A DNA stretch of 64,000 nucleotides from a virus, in the IMG/VR virus record IMGVR_UViG_3300045988_126426; one strand, 5' to 3'. Of this stretch, positions 10,011 through 19,822 are shown piece by piece. The notes under the pieces were generated by a model. That model was not told the origin of the DNA. It saw nothing but the letters and a program-made list of their open reading frames with translations, and did not search any database. Position numbers and translations under genes: made by a program. The stretch's first letter is position 1. The number at the start of each line of letters is the position of its first letter.

Positions 10011-10349
10011 ATGAAATCATATAAAGAATACGATAGAGAATTTATTGGGGATAGTGATATTGCAGCTTTAATTTTTGTAGGTACAACAAAAGATGGATTG
10101 AAGGCGAACATCTTAAATTTTGGCTCCGATGGAAGATATAATGCTTATATTGTGGATGAGAACGCAAAGATCGGAGATCACTATACCTTAGAGATGGAAT
10201 TTGAAACATCATCAGGATTCAGGGCATGGCTAAAAATCTATGACGATGTAGGATTGATGGCAGATTATAAGGCAGACAAAATTAGAGTATATCGTGCTGG
10301 AGATTTTGGTTGCATTATTCAGCTTATCGGAAAAAAAGAATGTGAATAA
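10011..10349 (+). CDS. hypothetical protein
   Basis: ORF 9987-10349; 'GGTGGAAATTATG' cassette. Confidence 0.45.
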   Translation: MKSYKEYDREFIGDSDIAALIFVGTTKDGLKANILNFGSDGRYNAYIVDENAKIGDHYTLEMEFETSSGFRAWLKIYDDVGLMADYKADKIRVYRAGDFGCIIQLIGKKECE

Positions 10350-10363
10350 GGATGGTGGAAAAT

Positions 10364-10807
10364 ATGCTTAGATATAAAGATTATTACCATGCAATTACAA
10401 AAACAGATCACGGATTAGATATTGACGTAAACAAATGTAATAATACTTGCAATCATCATTCTTATATAGATTGTAGTAGTTGCGATTGCAAAGATGGATG
10501 CTTTGGAAAATCGTTTGCCAAAGACACTTTAAATGAATTCAAGAAACATCATTTTACATGGAAAGATATCGTACAAGTCAATGGAAAATTATATGAAGAA
10601 GAGTTCATGATTAGTGGTTTGATGGATGATAAAAATACATATCAGATTGATGATTTTTTAGAAGCTGTAGCAAAGAAGTATGATGTTAGTCCGAAGGATA
10701 TTAAGACATATACAATGGATAATATACCATTAAATCCAACGGAAATTATTCTTGCCGGAGATTGTGGTTGCTATATTGACGGAACGCCTGAATGGTGTAT
10801 AGACTAG
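10364..10807 (+). CDS. Cys-rich hypothetical protein
   Basis: ORF 10352-10807; many Cys (CNNTCNHH...CSSCDCKDGC...GDCGC). Confidence 0.45.
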   Translation: MLRYKDYYHAITKTDHGLDIDVNKCNNTCNHHSYIDCSSCDCKDGCFGKSFAKDTLNEFKKHHFTWKDIVQVNGKLYEEEFMISGLMDDKNTYQIDDFLEAVAKKYDVSPKDIKTYTMDNIPLNPTEIILAGDCGCYIDGTPEWCID

Positions 10808-10837
10808 CGGAAAATTAAATAAGAACAAAGTAATCTA

Positions 10838-10867
10838 GGAAGATGCAGAAATGTATCTTCCTTTTTT
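10838..10867 (+). terminator. Rho-independent terminator
   Basis: Stem ggaagat/atcttcc followed by T6. Confidence 0.55.
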
Positions 10868-10893
10868 AATGGAAGGAAACGAGGTAAGAGCGA

Positions 10894-11181
10894 ATGAAAG
10901 TTAGTAAAGAAGAGTACGAAAGATTAGATTTTGAGGACTTTGTGGAAAAATTAAAACCACAATACAGTACATTATGTAGCCTTGAAGATATGAAAAATGC
11001 TTGCGTTGATGCAGTTAACGTGATGGAAGTTAGCCTTGCAATTCATATCCTGGAGCCGATTGAAGAGTACGGTGTATGGTATTACGACTACGATCGAGAA
11101 AAGGGTATGCAGTATGTACCGCAGCCATTATCACAAAAAGAGGATCTTGTAAAGGCTGGATACTTAGAATTAGTCGGATAA
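10894..11181 (+). CDS. hypothetical acidic protein
   Basis: 95 aa; RBS 'aggaaacgaggtaag'. Confidence 0.4.
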   Translation: MKVSKEEYERLDFEDFVEKLKPQYSTLCSLEDMKNACVDAVNVMEVSLAIHILEPIEEYGVWYYDYDREKGMQYVPQPLSQKEDLVKAGYLELVG

Positions 11182-11220
11182 TAAAATGCAGATTTAACGG
11201 AAAGATATGAGGTGGAAATT

Positions 11221-11553
11221 ATGAATAAATACAAATGGAAATATGGAGAAAATAGTTGCCAAAAATACTACGAGGCAAGTATTGGAGAAGATTATCTTTG
11301 TGTGTTTGCAAACAATTGGAACCCGAATGTATGGTTAGGATCGTACACTAAACAGGGCAAAGGCACTATAACTATTGGAGATAAGACATTTAATGATAGA
11401 CAGAAGAAGAAAGAGTCTAAAAATAAAACTACTATTTACAATAATCTCAATATACCAACTTCATTTATGGTTTTATCAAATGATAATCCTGAATATATGA
11501 AGAAAAAGGTTATTTGGGCATATGAACATAATTTGTTTGAAATTAGTCGATAA
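11221..11553 (+). CDS. hypothetical protein
   Basis: ORF 11212-11553; 'GGTGGAAATTATG' cassette. Confidence 0.4.
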   Translation: MNKYKWKYGENSCQKYYEASIGEDYLCVFANNWNPNVWLGSYTKQGKGTITIGDKTFNDRQKKKESKNKTTIYNNLNIPTSFMVLSNDNPEYMKKKVIWAYEHNLFEISR

Positions 11554-11588
11554 AAGAAAAGTTTTATGACAGAATAGGAGCGGAAATT

Positions 11589-11783
11589 ATGAATACAGAA
11601 ATAAGACAAGAAATTATCGGAATTGTTATGTGCCACGGAGAGAATGATTATGGATACTGGGAAGGCTTTTCCTTAACAGAGGAAGAGGAAGAACAGATTT
11701 ACGAGATCCTGATGAGACATGATACAGAAGGATGCTCTATTAGAGGCACAAGAAACGACATTGCAAACGAGATTAAGGAATAG
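11589..11783 (+). CDS. hypothetical protein
   Basis: 64 aa; 'GGAGCGGAAATTATG'. Confidence 0.4.
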   Translation: MNTEIRQEIIGIVMCHGENDYGYWEGFSLTEEEEEQIYEILMRHDTEGCSIRGTRNDIANEIKE

Positions 11784-11797
11784 GAGAGTGATTAGTT

Positions 11798-12028
11798 ATG
11801 GAAAATAATGAAGTAAAAAGAATCGCAAACATTTTATTTAATATGTCTTTAGGAATGGACTATGACACGTTTGCAGATGATTACAAAGACGATATGGAAA
11901 TGTTATCCGAAAGCGGTGGAAAATTAGCCAAAGAAGATGATTCACTGTTTTACGTGTTGCAGAATATCGCAGATAACAATACAGAAATGGAAAATAGATT
12001 AGTCAATGCAGATGGATCTATTAACTAA
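11798..12028 (+). CDS. hypothetical protein
   Basis: 76 aa; RBS 'aggagag'. Confidence 0.4.
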   Translation: MENNEVKRIANILFNMSLGMDYDTFADDYKDDMEMLSESGGKLAKEDDSLFYVLQNIADNNTEMENRLVNADGSIN

Positions 12029-12081
12029 TTAAATGTCAATTTTATTAAAATAATATTGTGTAAAAAGTGTGTAAAATATTA

Positions 12082-12109
12082 TTGACAGTGTGTAGATATT
12101 GTGTATAAT
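12082..12109 (+). promoter_or_regulatory. sigma70-type promoter for the hicAB operon
   Basis: ttgaca (12082-12087), 16-nt spacer, tataat (12104-12109). Confidence 0.5.
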
Positions 12110-12134
12110 ATAAGTAAGTAAAGGAGACAATACA

Positions 12135-12308
12135 ATGAAGCAGAAAGATTTAATCAAGAAGCTCAAAGCAGGCGGATTTGTCTTTGACAGACATGGCGGT
12201 AACCATGATATCTACATCAAAGGAAACAAAGTTGAATCAGTTCCACGGCACAAGGAAGTTGATGAAAGACTTGCTAAAGAGATTCTAAGAAGGAACGGGC
12301 TGTTATAA
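12135..12308 (+). CDS. hicA: HicA-family toxin (mRNA interferase, YcfA-like)
   Basis: 57-aa ORF missed by the track (<60 aa): 'MKQKDLIKKLKAGGFVFDRHGGNHDIYIKGNKVESVPRHKEVDERLAKEILRRNGLL'. Matches the HicA pattern (K.L..GF...R..GsH..Y...G....vP.H.e). Confidence 0.75.
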   Translation: MKQKDLIKKLKAGGFVFDRHGGNHDIYIKGNKVESVPRHKEVDERLAKEILRRNGLL

Positions 12309-12366
12309 TACAGCCTGCCCTTGGAAAATCTTGTTTGCAATCATATATAAGAATAGAGGTGAAAAT

Positions 12367-12801
12367 ATGAAAGCAGTATATCCTGTACTATTTACAAAAA
12401 CCGATGACGGAAAATATTTAATTGAGGCACCAGATTTAAATGTATTAACGGAAGGAAAAGATATGTCGGATGCTATTAAAATGGCACGAGACGCAATGGA
12501 ATTAATTTGTGTTTCTATGGAAGATAGAGAGGTGGAAATTCCTAAACCAACAAATATTACAGATATCGATATTGCGAAAAGCACATTTTTTGATGAAGGA
12601 GAAACTATTATTTCATTGGTTGATATTGATTCAACAGAATATCGAAGAAAAATTGATACAAAATCTGTAAGAAGAAATGTTGCATTACCTAGTTGGTTAA
12701 ATTATGAAGCAGAACATTCTGGAATTAATGTTTCTAAAGTGTTACAAGATGCACTTATTCAAGTATTGAATGTTACTGATAGACCAAATTATAATAAATA
12801 A
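12367..12801 (+). CDS. hicB: HicB-family antitoxin (RNase H-like fold plus C-terminal RHH)
   Basis: Within ORF 12331-12801: 'MKAVYPVLFTKTDDGKYLIEAPDL...' and C-terminal 'RRNVALPSWLNYEAEHSGINVSKVLQDALIQ'; directly downstream of hicA. Confidence 0.7.
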   Translation: MKAVYPVLFTKTDDGKYLIEAPDLNVLTEGKDMSDAIKMARDAMELICVSMEDREVEIPKPTNITDIDIAKSTFFDEGETIISLVDIDSTEYRRKIDTKSVRRNVALPSWLNYEAEHSGINVSKVLQDALIQVLNVTDRPNYNK

Positions 12802-12829
12802 TATATATAAAAACGATTAATTTATTGTC

Positions 12830-12858
12830 AATAGGCACTTTTAATAGTGCCTATTTTT
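12830..12858 (+). terminator. Rho-independent terminator
   Basis: Stem aataggcac/gtgcctatt followed by T6. Confidence 0.55.
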
Positions 12859-12878
12859 TAGCAAAGGAGAGTAAAATT

Positions 12879-13049
12879 ATGCCATTGGTTTTATTATTAA
12901 TAATTATATTTATCGTTCCAGAGGATAGTTTGGAATATATGTTAGGAGCTATCTTAGGTGGTGGCTATGGAATTTTAATGGTTATAGCATTTGTTGCTAT
13001 TCTGTATGGGATTTATAAGTTCTTTTCCGATCTTTGGAACGGAAGATAG
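12879..13049 (+). CDS. small membrane protein
   Basis: ATG with RBS 'aaaggagag'; two TM helices. The upstream part of ORF 12825-13049 overlaps the terminator. Confidence 0.4.
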   Translation: MPLVLLLIIIFIVPEDSLEYMLGAILGGGYGILMVIAFVAILYGIYKFFSDLWNGR

Positions 13050-13210
13050 AATGGAAAATATCATTTAATATGGATCATTCCGATACGCCAGAAATTGACG
13101 AACTAGAATTAGAATAAATACAAATAAATATAGGTAACTAAGACACTTATGGAAAATTCCAGAGTGTCTTTTTTAATACAATTTTTTACATAAGAAAGGT
13201 GGAATTTATT

Positions 13211-14572
13211 ATGAATCTAAACGAAATGGAAATCCCTTGCGATCCAATTTTGGACAAAGCAAAGAGAGATGATCTGGTGCAGAACACGGATCTTTTGAAA
13301 CAGGTAACAATCAAACCGATTCCGTGGCTTCCTGGACGAGATTATATCACTACGGAACAGGTTGCACGATTCTTTGATGGAGATGTAGATGAAGTCAAGA
13401 GGTTGTGTACGAAGTATCGTAAAGAATTTTTGGAAGATGGAATGGAAGTTAAGACAGTGCAAGAGATCATTGATGGTCAGAACGCAACAACGGAAAAACA
13501 GAAAGGAAGAATCATTGTAACGTATCCGAACGGATTGAATATCTCATTCGGTTATAAGGGTGCTAAGGTGTTTACTCTTAAATGTTTAATCAGATTGTCT
13601 TTACTGATGGAAACTTCAAGCCTTGCCGAAAGCGTTAGACATTATGTTTTTATCAATGATTATATTACGATGGAAGAACGAAGAGAACAAGAACAGATCG
13701 AGACAGGCGTACAGCTTGTAGATACAACGGAAATTTTAGGCAGAAGAATTTATCTGTATAGAAGCATTGAAGATCCATTATTCTTAGCTAGGGATGTAGC
13801 AGAATGGATTGATTACAACCAAACTGATGGAAAATACAATGTCAGTAAAATGCTGAAAACCATTGATTCTGATGAAAAATATAAGACCAAAATTTTAGGT
13901 GTGAATAATGTTCCTACCAAAAATTTAAGTCAAGAAACTATACCTACTGATTCAAATGGAAAGAGTCGTGATCCGTTCTGGTTCCTCACAGAAGATGGAC
14001 TCTATGAAGTGTGTATGCAGTCACGCAAGCCGATTGCAAAACAGATGAAGAAACAGATCAAAGAATATCTTAGAAACATCCGTAAGACAGGTGGTGCAGT
14101 TGACTTTGGGAAAGAGTCACAGTTCATCGAACACTACTTCCCATCATTTTCTGAGGATGTCAAGCTTGCTATGGTAACTGATTTACGAACACAGAACAAA
14201 GAACTCAAAGAAGAGAATCAGAAGTTACAGAATGATAATAAGCTATTAGCAGCGGAAATTTTAACATGGGATGATCGCAATAAGATGAACGCTGGGATTA
14301 GGAAGTTGGCTGCGGTTACAGGGACACAATTCTCTGTTATGTGGAACGAGTTGTATAAGAACTTACAGTATAAATATCAGATTGATGTTAAGAAGCGTGG
14401 AAAGAAACCATTTCTACAGTGGATTCAAGAGCATGAATGGGATAAGGTATTGAAAGTCTTTTGTGCAATGTGTGAAGCCAGAAACCTATCTCCAACAGAT
14501 ATGTTCCAACAGACAGCACCAGTGGAAAATTTATATGATAATGAAGATGAGGATGATGAAGTATGGAATTAG
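13211..14572 (+). CDS. Bro-N domain-containing phage antirepressor-like protein
   Basis: 453 aa; motif 'FLTEDGLYEVCMQSRKPIAKQMKKQIKEYLRNIRKTGGA' typical of the Bro-N C-terminal half. Confidence 0.45.
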   Translation: MNLNEMEIPCDPILDKAKRDDLVQNTDLLKQVTIKPIPWLPGRDYITTEQVARFFDGDVDEVKRLCTKYRKEFLEDGMEVKTVQEIIDGQNATTEKQKGRIIVTYPNGLNISFGYKGAKVFTLKCLIRLSLLMETSSLAESVRHYVFINDYITMEERREQEQIETGVQLVDTTEILGRRIYLYRSIEDPLFLARDVAEWIDYNQTDGKYNVSKMLKTIDSDEKYKTKILGVNNVPTKNLSQETIPTDSNGKSRDPFWFLTEDGLYEVCMQSRKPIAKQMKKQIKEYLRNIRKTGGAVDFGKESQFIEHYFPSFSEDVKLAMVTDLRTQNKELKEENQKLQNDNKLLAAEILTWDDRNKMNAGIRKLAAVTGTQFSVMWNELYKNLQYKYQIDVKKRGKKPFLQWIQEHEWDKVLKVFCAMCEARNLSPTDMFQQTAPVENLYDNEDEDDEVWN

Positions 14573-14808
14573 AACAGATTATTCATTTCTTTGAACAGTT
14601 CTGCGGAATATCTTTTGTGTTATATGTGATTGTTTTCCTAGCTTGGTTATCGCTAAGAAAAATTGATCGTGAACATAATAAGGTATATTTAAGCAAATAT
14701 ATAGACGTATTAGAGGAAATATTAGAAGCTATTATGAAGCCTATGAAAGTAATTACGACATTATGGGTTATCGTAGCTTTCGGAATGCTTATTTATCAGC
14801 TGATTTAA
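14563..14808 (+). CDS. small membrane protein
   Basis: 81 aa, two TM helices. Confidence 0.35.
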   Translation: MELEQIIHFFEQFCGISFVLYVIVFLAWLSLRKIDREHNKVYLSKYIDVLEEILEAIMKPMKVITTLWVIVAFGMLIYQLI

Positions 14809-14831
14809 TTCCATATAATAATTTTGGCAAA

Positions 14832-14859
14832 GAACCGAGTGGAAGGTTCTTTTTATTTT
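14832..14859 (+). terminator. Rho-independent terminator
   Basis: gaacc/ggttc stem followed by 'tttttatttt'. Confidence 0.5.
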
Positions 14860-14963
14860 GAAGGCGAGAACACTCGCCACTTCAGTGGTGAGATGAATCG
14901 CCGTTTAAACGGATAACATACATATTAAAATCAAAAACCAAAAAGAAAGTGAGGTGAGGGACG

Positions 14964-16067
14964 GTGGAAAAGGCTTATAAATACAGAATTTATCCAAACA
15001 AGAAGCAAAAAGAAATAATCGCAAAGACTTTTGGTTGTTGTAGATTTGTATACAATACATATCTTGCAAAGAGGATTGAAACATACGAAAAAGATAAAAC
15101 TACATTTACATATGTACAGTGTGCAAATGACATGAAGAATCTTAAAACCAAATTAGAATGGCTTAAAGAAGTTGACTCTACTGCCCTTCAATCCTCGCTT
15201 AAAGATTTGGATTCTGCTTATCGAAAGTTCTTCAAAGAACATACTGGATATCCAAAATTTAAGTCAAAGAAAACGCACAGATATTCATACAAATCAAAAT
15301 GTACTAATGGAAATATTCGTTATTGTGGCAAACATATTAAGCTGCCTAAGCTTGGAATTGTAAAAACAAAAAATAAGTTAATACCACAAGGCAGAATACT
15401 TAATGCGACTATATCGCAAACACCTAGTGGAAAATATTATGTATCGCTTTGTTGCACCGATGTGGATATTAAACCATTAAAAAAGACTGGAAATTCCATT
15501 GGTATTGATTTAGGAATTAAAGAGTTTTGTATTACTTCGGATGGAGAAATGATTGAAAATCCTCAGTATCTTAAAAAGTCTTCGGACAAACTTGCTAAAT
15601 TACAAAGAGAGTTGTCTCGAAAATCAAAAGGCAGTTCTAATCTTAATAAAGCAAGAATTAAAGTCGCAAGACTCCAAGAACATATTGCAAATCAGCGAAA
15701 GGATTTTCTACAAAAATTATCTACGGAGATTATCAGAAACAATGATGTAATTTGTTTAGAGGATTTACAGGTATCAAACATGATTAAAGATCATAAACTT
15801 GCTAGATCTATTGCGGATGTATCATGGTCTGAATTTATTAGAGAATTAGAGTATAAAGCTAATTGGTATAATAAAAAAGTGGTTAAGATAGATAAATTCT
15901 TTGCAAGTTCTCAGACTTGTAATGTGTGCGGATATGTCAATAAAGAAACTAAAGATCTCAGTGTTAGAGAATGGGATTGCCCTTGCTGTAATACTCATCA
16001 TGACAGAGATATAAATGCAGCAATTAACATTCTGAATGAAGGATTAAGGTTACTAAAAGTAGCCTAG
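14964..16067 (+). CDS. tnpB: TnpB (IS605 OrfB) RNA-guided endonuclease
   Basis: GTG start; '[11 protein letters not shown]' N-terminus; RuvC-I '[11 protein letters not shown]'; RuvC-II 'VICLEDLQV'; Zn finger 'CNVCGY...[11 protein letters not shown]'; RuvC-III 'DINAAINI'. Confidence 0.85.
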   Translation: MEKAYKYRIYPNKKQKEIIAKTFGCCRFVYNTYLAKRIETYEKDKTTFTYVQCANDMKNLKTKLEWLKEVDSTALQSSLKDLDSAYRKFFKEHTGYPKFKSKKTHRYSYKSKCTNGNIRYCGKHIKLPKLGIVKTKNKLIPQGRILNATISQTPSGKYYVSLCCTDVDIKPLKKTGNSIGIDLGIKEFCITSDGEMIENPQYLKKSSDKLAKLQRELSRKSKGSSNLNKARIKVARLQEHIANQRKDFLQKLSTEIIRNNDVICLEDLQVSNMIKDHKLARSIADVSWSEFIRELEYKANWYNKKVVKIDKFFASSQTCNVCGYVNKETKDLSVREWDCPCCNTHHDRDINAAINILNEGLRLLKVA

Positions 16068-16240
16068 AAACAAAGAACGGTTGGAACAATCGAGATAGCT
16101 TGGTAAATATCTTTTCAGTGGAAAAGAGTTCCCAAGAATCATGTGGCTTTAACTATGTGAGGTTCAATTTACGGAAATATTTGACAGTAACCGATTTGGC
16201 AGGTCGGTTCTTTGTCAAATTTATTATACACAAACTAATG
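16068..16240 (+). ncRNA. candidate TnpB omega-RNA (reRNA) scaffold region
   Basis: Position 3' of tnpB and structured (nested hairpin tttgacag...aaccga/tcggtt...ctttgtcaaa); exact ends not determinable by eye. Confidence 0.3.
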
Positions 16241-16441
16241 ATTCACTAAGCATATAATTGTTAATGGAAAGGGTGTTGATTACATAGAGAGCTAATAGGA
16301 ATAGAATAGGTTTCTATTAGGATTGGCACACTAATAGTTGGAATTAAATGTTGATTTTATTTCTATTGGTTTACGGAATACAGTTATACAAAAATAATGA
16401 GTGTAGAGAAAAATAAGACAGTTTAGAAAGGAAGATGAAGA

Positions 16442-17536
16442 ATGAACCTACAGTTAGTAAAAACGGAAAATTTTAACGATATATCGTGTGATTTTTATAG
16501 TGCTGAGGACGATATTTGGATGACAAGAAAGCAGATCGGAGAGGCACTGGAATATGGAGATCCACAGAAAGCAATTGATAATTTGCACAATAGATATAGA
16601 GATAGACTGGATAAATATTCAGTTACCCTCAAACTGGGGGCTACTGATAACAAGAAGTATGACACTACACTCTATAATGAACGTGGCGTGATGGAAATTT
16701 GTAGATGGAGCAGACAGCCAAAGGCAAACGCCTTCATGGATTGGGTTTGGGACGTGATTTCCTCTTATCGTCATGGAAATTTAAAAACAGGAACTCCTGT
16801 AACAACAGTAGAACAGTTTCTTACAGAACAGACAGAACTTATGAAGCAGATGGAAAAGAATAATGAACGTCTGTATAAAGTTACTATTAAGGGTTTCAAT
16901 CAGTTAGCAGACATTGTGAAAGAGATGAAAGCCGAACGGAAAGAATTGTATAAGCAGATCAGCAAACCAACAAAAGATATTCCAGTAGTAGATACTGAAA
17001 GTGTTATCGCAGAATATAAGCTCAATGAATGGAAGTCCAATGTCTATTCAATCATTGATGATATTCTAAAAGAATCTGATGAATTAGGGACTACTACAAG
17101 AGATATTCTCAGAGAAGCATACAGGTATCTTACTAACACATATGGAATTGTGTGGGAGCAGGATCGGAAAGAATACAAAGAGAAATATAATATCGGGGAA
17201 AGAGGTAATGTACCAACGATTGATCTTTGCTATGACAAGTATCCTGATCTGCTAGTCAATTCATTGGAAAAACTTCTGCGACAGTTCAGGAAAGAAAATG
17301 CACAGCCTGATTGGGAAGAAATGAAGATCAAAATTACCAATTATGCCAATCATATTGGAAATAAATCTAAAGGTGGAACGTCTGTTTATCGGAAAATCTA
17401 CACTAAGATGACAGAGAATGGAGTTAACTGGGATGAATATGCTCATGGCTTGTCTAAATCTCAGCTTATTAAAACTAATGCAACTTTGTACAACAGATTT
17501 TACGAAGCAGCGGTGGAAATTATTTCAGAAGAATAG
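16442..17536 (+). CDS. Bro-N domain antirepressor-like protein
   Basis: 364 aa; N-terminus 'ENFNDISCDFYSAEDDIWMTRKQIGEALEY...ERGVMEICRWSRQPKANAFMDWVWDVI' fits Bro-N. Confidence 0.55.
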   Translation: MNLQLVKTENFNDISCDFYSAEDDIWMTRKQIGEALEYGDPQKAIDNLHNRYRDRLDKYSVTLKLGATDNKKYDTTLYNERGVMEICRWSRQPKANAFMDWVWDVISSYRHGNLKTGTPVTTVEQFLTEQTELMKQMEKNNERLYKVTIKGFNQLADIVKEMKAERKELYKQISKPTKDIPVVDTESVIAEYKLNEWKSNVYSIIDDILKESDELGTTTRDILREAYRYLTNTYGIVWEQDRKEYKEKYNIGERGNVPTIDLCYDKYPDLLVNSLEKLLRQFRKENAQPDWEEMKIKITNYANHIGNKSKGGTSVYRKIYTKMTENGVNWDEYAHGLSKSQLIKTNATLYNRFYEAAVEIISEE

Positions 17537-17553
17537 AGAGGTATGATATAATT

Positions 17554-17856
17554 ATGACACAAAACGAAAAAGGAGTTGTCTCAAAAATGAATAAATTGGA
17601 AAACCGAAAAGAAGAAGCTAAAGAATATAGGAAATTAGTTGATAAATGTTTAGCTTTAATGGATAAATACGTTGGAGTAACATTTGGAATTCCTGTATGG
17701 GTAGATCGTGGCTCTCATACACTAGAGTTTAAAAAGAATGGAACTGATGAATGGAGACTCCTAACAAAAGAAGAAGTGTCTAATATTATTGAAAAATATG
17801 AGATGTTAGATTCTGTAGCAGCAAAGATTACAAAAGAAACTAATATGGGATATTGA
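17554..17856 (+). CDS. hypothetical protein
   Basis: 100 aa ORF. Confidence 0.4.
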   Translation: MTQNEKGVVSKMNKLENRKEEAKEYRKLVDKCLALMDKYVGVTFGIPVWVDRGSHTLEFKKNGTDEWRLLTKEEVSNIIEKYEMLDSVAAKITKETNMGY

Positions 17857-17894
17857 AATGAAACAAATATTCGATCAGAAGGAGTGATGGAAAA

Positions 17895-18251
17895 ATGAAT
17901 ATATTAACATTAAAAGGGAACGGAAAATCTAAATTTCTCAGTGATTTTATTGATAGTTCTCGATCAGAAAAATGTTTTGTAATCATATTTGAAGATGAAA
18001 ATATTTCTCGCAGTCTGTTTTCAAGATGTGATAATTTTATTTTAGATGATTCGCAGAGCATTAAAGAGGAAATGGAAAAATATTTAGGAATTGTTGAGAA
18101 TTGGAGTGACAAACTGGAATATTTAATAATATATAGTATAGATAAATCCGAAAAAGATATGATCAATTTGGATGTATATTATTTATTAAATCAGGTTAAA
18201 GATCAACCGTTCTTTAAAGAGCTAACTTGCATTGTAGCTTGTAAGAAATAA
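17895..18251 (+). CDS. hypothetical protein
   Basis: 118 aa; RBS 'aaggagtgatgg'. Confidence 0.4.
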   Translation: MNILTLKGNGKSKFLSDFIDSSRSEKCFVIIFEDENISRSLFSRCDNFILDDSQSIKEEMEKYLGIVENWSDKLEYLIIYSIDKSEKDMINLDVYYLLNQVKDQPFFKELTCIVACKK

Positions 18252-18275
18252 AGGAATTAAAAAGGAGTGTTTAAA

Positions 18276-18770
18276 ATGGAAAAATCTAAAGCATATACAT
18301 CAGAAAAACCATATATGTGTGTTTATGAAACAAAAGAGGATGGAATTGGTTATGCGACATTTGACAACGAAGAGGCTTTAATGGAATTGTTAAATGAGTG
18401 CAGAGAAAACGGAGATAAGATTTTAGATGCCTGCAAGGTTGAGGATCGTTATGAATTCAAAGATGGAAAATTTGAGTCTAAATATCAAAGAATGTATGAA
18501 TATGCAGTCATTAAAGCGATCAAAGATAAGCATAAGGAATTATGTAATAAATTAAGAAAAGTAATTAATGAAAGGATCGCTATAGAAGAAAAACTAGCAG
18601 ATACAAACATGCCGTATCAAAAATATATGCATTTATTGCGTGAGAAAGAGGATATTGAAAAAAAAGAAGAAAAGTTAAGTCAGAGGAAACAAATCGTAAG
18701 AGATATGTTAGATGTCTGCTATGAAGCGGTATGGGAATGTGATGATCATATAGATAAAATGAAACTTTGA
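18276..18770 (+). CDS. hypothetical protein
   Basis: ORF 18267-18770; RBS 'aaaaggagtg'. Confidence 0.4.
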   Translation: MEKSKAYTSEKPYMCVYETKEDGIGYATFDNEEALMELLNECRENGDKILDACKVEDRYEFKDGKFESKYQRMYEYAVIKAIKDKHKELCNKLRKVINERIAIEEKLADTNMPYQKYMHLLREKEDIEKKEEKLSQRKQIVRDMLDVCYEAVWECDDHIDKMKL

Positions 18771-18790
18771 TAGAAAGGAAACGGAAATAA

Positions 18791-19519
18791 ATGGAAGAAA
18801 ATATCAAAAAAGAAGGAGATTATGAAATCTCAGAAAATGCACTTGGAACATCATATAAACACCCATCATTTGGCATGTTGTCATTTAGGCGTACTCATGG
18901 TGGGCATAGTAATTTATTTGGTAGTAGTATTCAGCATAATGATACAATTCATATGGTGTTGAGAGAAGGAAAGGTCATTAGAGGATTAAATGAGGACTGG
19001 TATGTTGGTGGACATGAAATTGTTGAAGTTGCAATGTCTCAGTCTCAATTTGCAGAAGTTATTACATCAATGAATACAGGAACTGGTGTGCCTTGTACTA
19101 TTAAATACATACAAGGCAAAGGACGTATTAACGAAGCGGATTTTATTAATAAAAGGCAGCAGATTACTAATGAATTTAAAGATTCTATGAACGAGCATAT
19201 GAACGATGCACAGGAATTTTACAATGAACTAAAGGAACTTTTTAGCACAAAGAAATCTATTAGTAAGGGCGATAAAGAAATGATTCTGGAAAAATTAGGA
19301 AGAATCACTAAATCAATGGAGTCTGAATCAAAATTTATTTTCGACCAGTTTCAAGAACAAATGGATAAAACAATCACAGAAGCAAAAGGCGAAATCGAAG
19401 CCTTTGCCCAGAATAAAATTAATGCAATTGCTCAACAGGCTTTAGTAGAACAGAAGGAAGATATTCTGAAATTAGAGAATCCTGTTGACGTAAATCATAT
19501 GGAACTTGATGAAGAATAA
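18791..19519 (+). CDS. hypothetical protein
   Basis: 242 aa; no recognisable motif. Confidence 0.45.
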   Translation: MEENIKKEGDYEISENALGTSYKHPSFGMLSFRRTHGGHSNLFGSSIQHNDTIHMVLREGKVIRGLNEDWYVGGHEIVEVAMSQSQFAEVITSMNTGTGVPCTIKYIQGKGRINEADFINKRQQITNEFKDSMNEHMNDAQEFYNELKELFSTKKSISKGDKEMILEKLGRITKSMESESKFIFDQFQEQMDKTITEAKGEIEAFAQNKINAIAQQALVEQKEDILKLENPVDVNHMELDEE

Positions 19520-19547
19520 AACGAAAATCTGATAGGTGGTGGAATGA

Positions 19548-19763
19548 ATGGTAATAACAAAATGCCCATATTGTGGGAGTTCTGATGGATTATATAATGA
19601 TTTTAATGTATCAGGAAGAGAATTCTACAAATTTAATGGAAAAGAAGATGGAGAAGACATTACAAGCCTTTATAAGCATAACAAATATATGGTTTGTGTC
19701 AATTGCAGGAAACATGTCATGACTTATGAAGAATTTAAACGTGATTATTGTGTTGAAGATTAA
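19548..19763 (+). CDS. zinc-ribbon protein
   Basis: 71 aa; CPYC...CVNC. Confidence 0.4.
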   Translation: MVITKCPYCGSSDGLYNDFNVSGREFYKFNGKEDGEDITSLYKHNKYMVCVNCRKHVMTYEEFKRDYCVED

Positions 19764-19822
19764 TAAATATATGCAGGTATTAAAGGAGAATTTTATCTCC
19801 GCATATAGATGGGAGTGATGCC

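Larger units (their letters stand above)
14863..16240 (+). mobile_element. IS200/IS605-family insertion carrying only tnpB (IS1341-like); ends approximate
   Basis: Subterminal hairpin ggcgag-aaca-ctcgcc at 14863-14878 upstream of tnpB; nested hairpin at 16180-16218 downstream; no tnpA present. Confidence 0.35.

Noticed and set aside
6767-13210. 'MEIM...' N-termini reported by the ORF track
   Set aside because: They are an artefact of an ATG inside the conserved GGTGGAAATTATG RBS cassette; the second ATG was taken as the start.
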